Source: Utricularia gibba
Lineage: Eukaryota > Plantae > Magnoliophyta
Assembly: GCA_002189035.1 (NCBI GenBank)
Contig: NEEC01000004.1
Coordinates: 3,658,001-3,722,000 of the forward strand
Direction: 5' to 3'
Length of the DNA: 64,000 bases
Positions 51,650-63,357 of the stretch are shown here, in pieces (the stretch's first letter is position 1; every line of letters begins with the position of its first letter). The position numbers were made by a program, and so were the translations under genes. The notes beneath the pieces were generated by a model, which had not been told where the DNA came from, did not search any database, and saw only the letters and a list, made by a program, of their open reading frames with translations.

Positions 51650-52397
51650 ATGGCCCAGACGTGCTCCCGGCTTCATTTCTCCTCCCTTTATTCCCTTTTC
51701 CTCTTCCCCTTCACTGCTCCCCAAATCAAACCACCAGCACTGCGCTCAAACCCAGGTGCCTTAACTTCAAACGCAGACATGTAAAGCTTTCTCCTTTTGG
51801 TTTCATTTTTGTTTTTAAGTGACAATTTGAAAGTTTTCAGAAATATGAACGGCATCAGAGGATATGCTTTGTATGATTCAATCTGGGTTCCTTCCTGCAT
51901 TGAGCTTGTATCAGCAGCAGTTTTTGTTTCCTTGAAACTGGGATCCTTTCCAATTACAGTAGCGCATCTAGCCTCCACCTCAAATTGGTATAACATTATT
52001 TATTATCTGATACACTTGAACCCCATCTGTCCCTTTATTGCCCATACCCCTTCGTTTTGTAGCGTCTGGGCTTCTTCTAGGCACCTCAGACCAGGGTTCA
52101 AATCCGAGCAGGTAAGCATTGTGTTCAACCGCCCTGTGCGAGAGGACATACAGTTTGCATTTAAAATGACGAGTTTCATCATGCTCTCGTTGTCGAGCAC
52201 TTTCAAGATGTCGTTGCGGGCTTCTGCGTCTTGAGATGGCACCCTGTCTATGGATCTACCCCAACTTACTCTTCCACGCTACTTTTTTCCATGACATCCA
52301 GCAACTGAATGAGGTGCAGGGGGACCAGCAGCTGTTTGGATACCCTCTTGGCGAGATAAAGAGGCCCCTACTGAGCACCAGAGCAGATCACCCATAA
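51650..52397 (+). other. Candidate small spliced gene, unrecognised product (tentative model)
   Basis: ATG at 51650 opens a Ser/Phe/Pro-rich, acidic-free 35-codon exon ending CAG|GT at 51755. Canonical acceptors at 51914/51959, 52062 and 52301, and donors at 51988 and 52112 (CAG|GTAAGC), join in frame to a TAA at 52395-52397. No recognisable domain. Confidence 0.3.
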
Positions 52398-52900
52398 AAA
52401 GTTTAAAGAGAGTATCTCTGGGACTGGGCTTCAATTGACTGTAGGTGTAAGTTTAAGATATGCTATGACAGCATCTGTCTTCGTTCCAAAACAGAAACAG
52501 GTACATTTAGGGAGATGGATGTGCTGAAGGTTGATGGAATCTTCTACTGTAAAGTCAATATTCACCCGCACTACTCACTACAACAGAACCTTAGTAACAC
52601 CAATGATCTGCAACCAGGCTCTTCTGGGACCAAGGAAATTTTGAACTTTGAGGTAAACTCAATTGACTGCAAGTTTTGTCAACTGCAGTTTACTAGTAAT
52701 TCTCACTATGCTTGTGTGGACACTGCCTTTGATGACATCAGCTTCTGCTCTTCGTTCTTGTAAGTTGGATGCGGGTATGGAGGCCGCTCTGACTCTGAGC
52801 TGCGTGTAGAGATTTTAGTTTCAGCCACTAAAAAATGGAAGTGCCAAGTGAGATCCAAGAGGACCTGAATTTACCCACTGAATTCAGCATTGTTTTTGTA

Positions 52901-55900
52901 TCATTTGTACAAGAGAGGGCCAGATCTGGATACCGCAAATCTGGGCAGAGGGCTAGGTCCGCTGCCAGACGATGTAGAGCCTTCAGTTGGATATTTTGCC
53001 TTGCGACCTGCGCCATAGTCCAATGGCCCTGAGCGCCTCAAGCTTCCGTACCTGTTCTCACTGCTTCTCATGCTAATTCTATCCGTAGTTTCATGCTGAT
53101 CGTGCCTCTGATTTGGAGCCTTCATGTTAACTGAATCATTGGAATGCCACTGCGACGTCATGTCACCACATGGCTGCCTCGATGATGGTGAAGTATGGGC
53201 CAAACCCATTGCAGGAGAATGGTGCAGTGATACATTCGACATTCCCAAGGATGTTGAAGAATTTGAGTACTGGCTGTAGATAGACCGCAGAATGGCATAG
53301 GGTACATGGCATTCCAACGAGCTCCTTGCTAAGAAGGGCGACATCTCACACACTTGATCAAGAAAGATGAGTTTTGCCGAGAGGTTTGACCTGTAAAAAC
53401 AGGCAAGTCATTACAAATGAACTAGTATTCAAGCAAGCGCTTGGTAAGAGAGACAGATCAATCTTGGCGAAAAGTGGCGGTGAAAGTGAGCAGCACTTGA
53501 AAAGAATTGAAGTATCACTTACAGATTACTTTCGTTCCAAGCATCCAGAACAATCCCAGCAGAGAACTTGATAAAGAGCTGCATTGCGGACTTTATGTTT
53601 GCCTCTATTGAGGAAAAGCTGACTATTTCCGCATCCAGTGTTTCATTGGCAACATCTTGACCATGGCCGTTGGATAGAGACTGCCTTTGTTGACACTCTC
53701 TCTCTAGTCTAACAAACTCGCTTCCAGATATCACGGCACAAATGCACCTGACAAAGGAACGGGATTTCACAAACAAACTTTTTACCAACCACAGAAAAGC
53801 ACGTGTACCTGGCTAAACAATGAAGACTGTTGGTGAAGCCGCCAGTATTTATGTTATATGCGGCACTATCCCAGACAGAAGAAGTCATAAATGTTGCAAA
53901 CAGATAGGGCAGCAAGCTCCATGAAACATCAGTTGCACCCCCTACCTCTTCAAGAATAGATTTAACCCATTCATAATCATGGTCATCAACTAGATTAGCA
54001 GCACCTGCCACTCTCCTAATCCTCCTAATCTCTTTCTTTGCGGGAATTTCATTTGGTAAGTGTTTAGCAACACCTATTAGCAGAGAATAAATCAAAGGTG
54101 CCCCTTCTTTGAGGACAGCACCTGATGCTTCTGCCAAGAGTGAAGCAAATGTGATCGCCTGCCCTGCCTGGGTACAGAAACCTACCATTGTTTCCATATC
54201 TACTATCTGTTTTATGTTTGCCTCTGCTTCTAGTCTATCACCAGAATGCATGCTTCCAGCAACAACTTCCAAGTTCTCACGATTTGCCCGCAAGGTTGTG
54301 TTTATGCAATTAAGCAATGCAGCTGTATGCTCTTTTAGCATCCTATCAAACCTGTCAAATCCATAGCTACCAAAAATGCGAACGAAGGCTTTCAGTTCCC
54401 TAAGATCCGTAACTGATTCTGCAGAGTATCCACCTACAGGCTTACTGCTCTTAAAGCTTCTATCAAGAGGTGAAAAGAGCAACCGAGCAGCGGAAACATC
54501 CTTGACAATGTTATCAATGTACCAGCTGCAAATAGCTTCAGTAACCAACCCAGCCTGCTGAGTGTCAGATTTCTCAAATAACTGTAATGAAGAGACAGGT
54601 CCGGAGTATGTCTCAGCAAGGAGGATTTCACGAATTCCCTGAGTGAGATCCATATTGACATGTTGCTCTGCCAAATGAATTATTGAAATATGTCTCTGTA
54701 TGAATGACTCGAGAACAGAAGGTCGCTGCAGATCAGATTCTGTCTTAAGAACCGCAAGAAGCCTCCTTTTGAAATTTGCAAGGATGCACTCTCTCATATA
54801 CTGCATAACAATATATGAAGTTAAGATACTGAAAAGACATCACAAAAAAACATTAGCAACTTTTCTTCTAGCATGACGTTTAAAATGCCTCTGGGTTTCA
54901 TTTATAGCAAGCAACTTTGAACCACCAATTCCAGAAATAGGTTTTCCAGGTGAAAAATCAATGTACCTCCCTAAGAACAAACACATGGTTGAGAACACAG
55001 ATGGGCTCCATATCATTCAAGACAGAACAGAGATTGGTCAACCTTTGCATAGCAGCTTCCAACCTGTAACCAACAACAAATAAACAATCTTTTTTTTAAA
55101 GGTTGGGGGTCGGAAAGACTGGAAAAGGGCAACATACATCTTGATAGATTTGTTATTTTCAGGATAGCTCTCATAGCCAGGCAAATGGAAACCATATGAA
55201 GCTTTTGGAGATTTGGCTATGGGAAGTGATAATCTGGACGTAAAATTTATTAGATTTGCTGCTTGCTCTGGCAAAAGCTGAAATTTACACATGACCAATT
55301 TAGTAATAAGCTAACAATAGGTGCACATCTTAGCCACCTCTAGAAGGATAATAACCTGCATCTCCAGAAATCGAAATCCCCCTTCTGAGTCAAGGATGTT
55401 TATTAAACCTTCTAGGCCGCCCATAATAGATTCAATCAGTGACTCAACATAAAGCACTGCATCACGGCCAACCTTTGTCACCTATTCTCAGGAATTGAAG
55501 TTAAAACACTTAGAAAGAAGATTATATGACAATGACCATGATTGAGTTTGCAAACCAAAGAGGACTAAATTTTTGCTCTAATACCTCTTCAGGAATAATA
55601 AGTGATGCACATTCTGGAAAGCTGCTTGCAACACCAAGCCAGGCACAGCAGTGTTGTGGACGGCCTTCAGGTCCAAACATAGTATTGCGAAAGACCTGCC
55701 GCAGCAACATAATGAGATTAGACTAAACACTGCTGCCATTTTTAAAATATATAAAAAATCGTGCCACTCACAACTGTGAGATGCTGGTGGTAGAAGTAAA
55801 GCATCTTCAAAGACCCATATTTTGAGAGCAGAGCTTCCGGTTCATCTACACATCTGCAGCGAAATCAGCTACAACCATATCTTGTAATGAATAAAATGAT

Positions 55901-58900
55901 ATACCATCGCAAGTATTTGATGATGCTAAGCAACACGTGTGAGATGCATCACTAATTTGCATGCTGTGTGCCCAGTATTTTGAATGAACAAGCTCACCAA
56001 AACTGAGATTTGTCAAAAAATTTTACATCACATAAATGACATGACAGTGAGAGAGCAAGTACCTTGACCAATTGTACGCAGAATTTCCTTCAGACAACAG
56101 ACCCTCCTTGCCAGTGGATACTGTAGCCTTTTCCAGGTGTCTAACATTAATTGATGATCGAACAGAAGTGACAATCATCAATATGGACAACCAATCACTG
56201 CGCAACTCCTAAAAGTCAAAATGGAAAGTAACGACAATAAGAACCACATCACAAGATCTTTGATATTAGCTTAATCAAAACCTAAACTGATACAATGACA
56301 ACTAATTACTTTATAGTAAGAAAATATGCTTACGCTTAAAACATTTCAACTTAGACATGAAATACGTCCATATTGAAATAGGCATCTTGACTACAAAGAA
56401 ACTACAATTAGGACACGGATTCTTCAAGTAACAGGTAATCATGGTCCTGAGCATAATTAATGCATCAAATACAGCTCTTGGGCAGGAATTCTTAAGAACT
56501 TAGTGAGCAACTTACTGATAAATCACAAGTGATGGAAGACATATTTTCACCATGAGGTTTTGGTAAGTTTTCTAGATGCTTGACAATCCTTTGAAAAAGT
56601 CCCTTCAAGGTCGCATCCAGATCAAGGGCTACCATTCCAGGAGTACCCAGAAGAAAACGGATTCTACCAGCGCATGATGAAAGGTATGATAATGCATAAC
56701 CACGGATGGCTGCAAAAAAGGAATCCTCAAAATTTCAATGAGACAAATTAATAATATAGAGTAAATCCTTAGTAGAAGACTTGATTTTAGATATCGTGAG
56801 TAAAGATTAGCATGAATTTTGGCAGGTACTGATTGTGTAACCAACTTGAACTACACCATGAATTATGAGTCACTTCAACGACATGTTTATTGGAGAAGAA
56901 CTCTATTTTGCACCCCATAAGTCCACAATACATACTCAGGCATGATAATTTTATGGAGCCTAACCAGAAATGTACTTGCGGACTAAGCAGCAAAGATGAT
57001 CCATTCCATCTAACAAAAATCCGATAGTTGAATCATTTGCATTCTGCGATCAAGAATTTAAATGCATTCAAAAGATCATATTTTCAGAAGCTTACTCCAT
57101 TACATCAAATATAATGTTTCCTTTAAAAAGTCACTGAAACATTGACAGGATAATAGTCTTACAACATCAACAGTCGCCATGCGTGATGCTTTGGTTTTAG
57201 ACAATGCTATTCCAACATGTTGAAAATACCACAGCACCTCACTCTGTGCAAGAGCTAAGGCAGAAAACACCATCTGGAGAGTCAAAGCAGTCCCAAATGT
57301 TCAGCTAACAGAGCTGATTAACATCTTCTGAATACACGACTAATTAAATAAAGGTTCACAATCTATCAGCATGAGTGCAGTTAAATAAGACGCAGGCAGT
57401 AAGATTAATGTCCAAAAGCATATGTACAACTACTTTTATTTCAACTCTCTCACAAGTTATAGGTCATACAGCATTTATTCAGTTGTGTTAAATGGGCAAA
57501 ACCTATCTACCTATCAACCTGTCAGTGCGGAAAATATGGAATTAACTGACACCTGAATATTAGGAGCCAATAAACTTGGCTGGTCAGTGAAGAAGAGCAC
57601 CATCCTCCCAATCTCTTGGGTCAACAAAACTCGCCGTTCCTTGTGTATAGCATCACAAGATTGCAGTGCTTGCTCATGAACTTCACTGATGACAACATTA
57701 CCAAGTTCAGCATTGTTACAAAGGTGCATATTAGGTAAAGGAATACAAACAAGAAACAACAGAGCAATGAAGAAGTGTAGCGATAGTGAAATCACAACAG
57801 AGCACTCAGCACAGAGAGACTCCTCACAACAAGAATAAGAATAAAAATGAAGTATGCCATGAAAAACTGGTAAAGTATATGATGTTAATGCATCATATCT
57901 ATATCAAGCAACAAATATTTAGAGTTCACTACAAGTTGAATTTTCCTACTGAAACAATCCACATGGCAAGCGAAATGATTTCATCATACTAATAGTACTT
58001 AAAATAGTCAATACCTTAGCATTTTCTCTACCTGCTTTGCAACACTGTACTCCAGATCAGCTTCTTTTTGAATAGATCTCCCAGACTTAGCCATCTTTTT
58101 AGATTCCAACATCCATGGCATTACGTATAAGTGGTACTCGTCATGCAGCAACATACACTGCACAAGCAATCATCAAGTTCTGAAAAAAGCATCCTTCAAC
58201 TCTGAAAAAGTGATAAAAAAACATCATGCTCTTCACGCAGCAACATACACTGCACAAGTCAATCACCAAGCTCTGAAAAAGCATCATACACTCCATGCAA
58301 AGCATAGTAAGAATTCTTTGACACAAACATATGCAGATAGAGTGATAACAATCGTGCAGTCACTGTTCCTCAAAACATCAAGGCAGATATTCCTTTCAAC
58401 TAAATAAAATTACAAAAACATAAAAAGTAAATAAATAGCTAAGACAAAAAAATGAGCACTTACTTCATCTCTGAAAAGTGGTAGAACCAAATTCTCCCTC
58501 AGCAGGACCTACAGGGAACAGCATTACAGCGGAAAAATGAAGGAAGAGGTTGAAAAGGCAAATATTTGAACTGGATAGAAAAATAAGTCTAAATCCTTCT
58601 ACATTACCGAAGCAATGTCAATACTTGTGACTCTAAGAAGCTCATCAGGGCAAACCAAATACCCAAGAAGTACCCATTCACGATAAGATGTAACATTAGC
58701 CAGGTCCTGAGCCCTCTACATTATCCAAGGTGGGTTGGGGCATTAGCCATTTTGTTTCTCTGAAAACCACTACATAATCAAGAATTTCAATCTACCATTG
58801 GGTGCGCAGAGTTTGTTAAGATGTCAGGATATCTTGGATGAAACGGACTCAGGAAACCCTCATTTCGAAGCTTCCTTGTATCTAGTGACAAAAAGATGCT

Positions 58901-61015
58901 AGGGCCAACTGCCTCTAAGACCTGCAAGAAATCAAGGAATAATTATGTATAATCATTCCGCAGGTCTCAACACATCATTCCGTGGATACAAACTATGTAA
59001 ATAATCTTTCTGGATGTAAATGCATGTTATGGGAAGCCTGAATAAAAAGTGTTAGTAGAAAATAAAGGAACGCACTTCAAGATTTTTAACATCAATCTTC
59101 TAAAAAGTATGCTTTTTAAAAGTACTATAATAGGAGAGAAGAAAATAAATAGAGAAAATGTCCAAGTATATCCCAGTATCACAACATATAGGAAGTACAA
59201 CACAATGAACTACTTGAACCATAGTAGGGCAAAGGCACAAAAAACGCAACAATCATTTGCAGAAAAGACTCTACCTCTCCAATTCGAGGGCTTACGAAGT
59301 TAAGATCTTCATGCAAACCCTTCATTGGTGGATCATATGAATCTAAAAACTGTACTAATCTGATATGCAGAAACAGAAAAAAAGCATAAGAAGTGAAAGA
59401 ATATTAGCTATGAAAAATGGTATACCTAATTAATATGCACTCACAGAACTATTCATGAAACATCACATTTCTATCTTCAATTAAAGAACTGTCATATTAC
59501 TTGATTTTGGAAAGCCTTCAGCACTTTAAAAGAGTTATAAGACAATTAAAAATAGCCATGATGTCTGTCAACCAGTAAATCTCATACCGGTGATAAAAGT
59601 CACAATCTCGATCACTTTGTGTCATTGCATACAACAGATTGTACGTCTGAAGTATCATTTTCCTTGGTATCTGAATTGCAAGTATTTTCCAGTCACACAG
59701 GAGTACAAAATAGCAATCAGTTAGCAATAAAGCTAAATGACATGCACCAGGTTTCAAAAACTTGCCTTGTCAGAGAACAGGTTTACACGAACAAATGAGC
59801 AGAATAGATCCATGAAGGCATGCAGCATGATAGAATTTTGATGAGGCTGTGAAAAGAAGACAAACTCAGGGTGTTAAGTAGATAGAGCCAAATACAATGT
59901 TGGTTGAGAATTTGACTACATGTGAGAAGACAATGATATGCCAGTAAACCACCCCTTCAGCATGTAGACAGCATACAAGCATGTAGACGGCATACGCAAT
60001 TTAGATATCCTTACCAGCAATGCAATGACAGTGCTGCTAAGGTCCAAAATGAGGCGCAGTGCTTGTTCTCGAAATGTCATCAGGTCAAGAAGAAGCTGGT
60101 CAAAATATGTATTCTCACATGAGCACTAGAAATAACATAAGGAAATAATAAAACTAACAATGAAACAATCAATTTCGGTGGTAACGTATGTGTTAAATCC
60201 TTCATTTATTCAATTCTCTACAGTGGGGTTACCAATTGCATTCAGCTACGACAAGTAGTAATCAAGAAAAACAACTTAATCTAGACCTTCAACGATGGAC
60301 ATATCTTGAACATGATACGAAAATTATTACAAGAAAGAAATAAAGAACTAAGTAAGTAAACTTTGTAGACATCCAACGTTGAACATTCTTTGAATAACAG
60401 ATTCTGATGGAACTTTAGACAGACAAATGGCAGGACTTGTAATGTCAAACCTGGATCCATGGTTCCAAACTCTGTAAATGTACATCAGCATTATCACTCA
60501 TAGAATCCAATGCAAGCTTGTCAACCTATTTAAAAATCCATCAATCAATGACACCTTACGGCCAATGTTAAGAAATACTTAAGAATCCCAAACGAGATAG
60601 AGAAGTTCCACCCTTTCAAGATGCAAGTTGCTGTGGTGCTCAGGAAACTTCTTTCCAAGAAAAATACAAATCCTAGGATGGTTTGGGAACAAACCAGCTT
60701 TCCAAAATGCTTCTGTGTAGACATGATTAGTTGAATCAGGGTAATCCAAAATCTGATTCAGCTTATAAATCTTGGCAAGTAGGCCTTCAGCTACTTGTAT
60801 AAGCTGGTAGACCCATTGCATGTTCAATCCCTTATGAGATGCAGTGCCGGAGTTTTGGCCCCCGAAACATCAGATCCAAATGTATTCCTTGAATCAGCAC
60901 ATGGACCCAAGTATTCCACCCACCTTGTTGGAATTTCCCAATCCCGAACCCTCGCAGTTGCTTGTGCAGATGACAAAACATCTTGGGATGGGAAGTGTGG
61001 CCTTGGCCTTGACAT
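52901..61015 (-). CDS. NAP1: NAP1 (NCKAP1/Hem/GNARLED), SCAR/WAVE complex subunit; one -1 frameshift in exon 1 in this sequence
   Basis: About 22 coding exons can be followed continuously: MSRPRPHFPSQD..RWVEYLG..KGLNMQWV..FPNHPRIC; PRKMILQTYNLL; FTDQPSLLAPNIQMVFSAL; GRPQHCCAWLGVASSFPEC; YMRECILANFKRRLL; ending SRSGPLLYK*. Frame break at the C5 run at 60859-60863. One GC-AG intron (59671-59765). Confidence 0.95.
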
Positions 61016-62069
61016 CTCTATCAACTTTCAAGCAGAGGTTCGAATCGTAAAACAATAGTTGCTGCATATAATACAAATCAATTCAGATACCATACCTTAT
61101 CGAATTATAGTGCAAACACACGGAGCCAACCTGTTTCTGGCTCATGATCACTTCATTTACCAAAGAAAGTGCGAACACGACAGAAGGAAGATACAAAATG
61201 AGCATAAAAATACAACACCCACAACAAAAGTTACAATTCTGTTCATTGTCAAAAACAAATCCGCAACAGGGAATTCTCAAAACAGCGACAGACAACGGAA
61301 GGGGAATGTAACCAAAATGGAATGACCACGCGATGTACCTGGGATTCCGGGGCAGCGTCGCAGATAGCAGTTTCTACACTTCAGATCTACCAGATGACAA
61401 TACACCGGAGCAGAAACACCGCCTAAGTAGCATAGCTAAAGCACCACATTTCAGGCTAGCAATCGAAGATACAAGTCTACTCAGCCAATTCCACCGACCA
61501 AGTGCCGCCTTTTCTGGTCAACTGCTTTTCGTCGAAGGATAGGAACTGACAAGGTAGCTCTTCCCCCTCTCTGAACTCTACAGCTGTCGAATGCACTTGT
61601 CTCTGTCAGATCGGAGTTACAAGCGACGTCATTCCTAAAATTGAGATTCGATCCCTCTTTTTTGCGATATTTCTAATTAGCCCCGTTCAGTTAGCGCAGG
61701 TTAGTAATGTAATCGAGTCAAAGTACGGTCAACAAGAAATAGGTCCGACTTAAAAGAAAGGCAACAAACAAATAAATGTTTTTTGTATATTTCATTAAAA
61801 AAACAATGAAGAAATTGGACGTAGACGACAACATTTTGGTGGCACTATTTGTGGCCAACGGAATTTTCTGTTGACCTAAACTTCCGTGTGGCGAAAGAAA
61901 AGGGCGGGGCGCATTCTCCGCTCTCTCGCCGCGGCAGAATCTTCCCAGGTCTGATCTTCCTTCCTCACTCGATATGAATCCACGCAGCTTTCAATCATCG
62001 AAATAGAATTGCAATGGCCTACATTTGGATTCTCTGAAGAATCCTACTTATTGTGCATTCAGCGTATCA

Positions 62070-63357
62070 ATGGCGAGTGTCTACGAGTTGTGTGATTCTA
62101 GGTCGAATGGATCCTATTCGTGGTTATGCCTCTCAAACGCCTACGTTGACATATAGGACAAGCTTCCGCAGCATCCCCTAGGGCTTGTTGTTAACAAATT
62201 GGACGGCTCTTCTTTTGGTATGGTCCGTTTAAGATACATACAATTATGTACGATGTGACGCTATGGTATTATGGTGACATTTTTGTGTGAAGGGATTGAG
62301 GTGGCGACGACGGCAACGATTTCGGAGGTTAAAAGGGCTGTTGAATCGGCGTTTAGCCATTTGCCTCAAAAAGGATCAGAAAAGGTTTCATGGTAATCTC
62401 CTCCGTACTTGTGTTTGAAAATCATGCAATTTGCTTTTTTAAATTGATGGTTTCTTTTGTATTTTACTTCTTGAGAACAGGGACCATGTTTGGTCACAGT
62501 TTTGTCTGTGTTTCGAGGGGCAGAAATTACTATCTGAAGGTGATTGTATCAGCATGTTTGGCATCCGGGATGGGGATCAGGTGATCATATCATCCAAGCA
62601 TAGGAGACCTTGTTCTTTTTTGTTTCATTTTAACGTTGGAAATTCATATTCTTCTGCTTCTTCAGCTGCAGTTTATTCGCCACACCTCGAATTCTGGTGT
62701 TTCAACGAAGATAGAAAGAGAGACGGAGGACATTGATTCAGATTTTGAACATTTCACGTGAGTTGTTAAGCTCTCATTTCAGGGATATTCCGTTCTAGCA
62801 TCTAATGTTCTCTTTAGAAGATGTTAATTGCCAATCTTATCACTCCATGATGCCAGCATAACTGAATTACATCTATAATATTCCTTCTATAGCCTGTGTC
62901 TCTTGTGGGTTGAAAGACTTAAAATTGGGTGGGAATGCTTTGAAGAATGGAGTTTAGTCAGCATGTTCTTGGACTTTTTATATTTTAGTTGACCACTGTG
63001 GTCTTGCCACCTTGTGCAACTGTGGCTACATTAAATATTTTGATGAGTGCATGGTTCATGTGTTTTTATGAAAATGGATCAAAATAAAAGATGATCCCAA
63101 CTCACTTTTGCAGCAAAGGAGACAGGGCTGAATTCGAAATGGATAATCGAGCCAATGATGAAGCAGAATCAGACAAAGACACGGTCTCATGTTGTGCATT
63201 CAAGTTGAACAATTTGTTGATAGGGCGTTCCCATAAAGGGGGATCAGTAGAAAGGAGGAATACTTCACCAAAAAGTCCCCACAGAAAGAGTTGGAGGAAC
63301 ACTCCCAGATTTTCAGGAAGCAGCAAGTTCCAGAGAATGATCTGTAAAGAAGATTGA
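62070..63357 (+). CDS. SNRNP25: U11/U12 snRNP 25-kDa-like ubiquitin-fold protein; in-frame TAG or frameshift in exon 1
   Basis: Exons 62070-62217, 62293-62392, 62481-62580, 62666-62757, 63114-63357 in phase. DKLPQHPL..KLDGSSFGIEV..ATISEVKRAVESAFSHLPQKG..VSWDHVWSQFCLCFEGQKL..GIRDGDQLQFIRH. TAG at 62154-62156 is in frame with the ATG at 62070. The start codon is uncertain. Confidence 0.8.

Noticed and set aside
52053-52124. tRNA or tRNA-derived SINE (GGTTCAAATCC B-box-like motif, weak A-box)
   Set aside because: The T-stem pairs only 3 of 5, there is no acceptor stem or anticodon arm, and there is no poly(A/T) tail or TSD.
18647-63357. U12-type introns, prompted by the neighbouring U11/U12 25K-like gene
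   Set aside because: None of the modelled donors has the (A/G)TATCCTT consensus.
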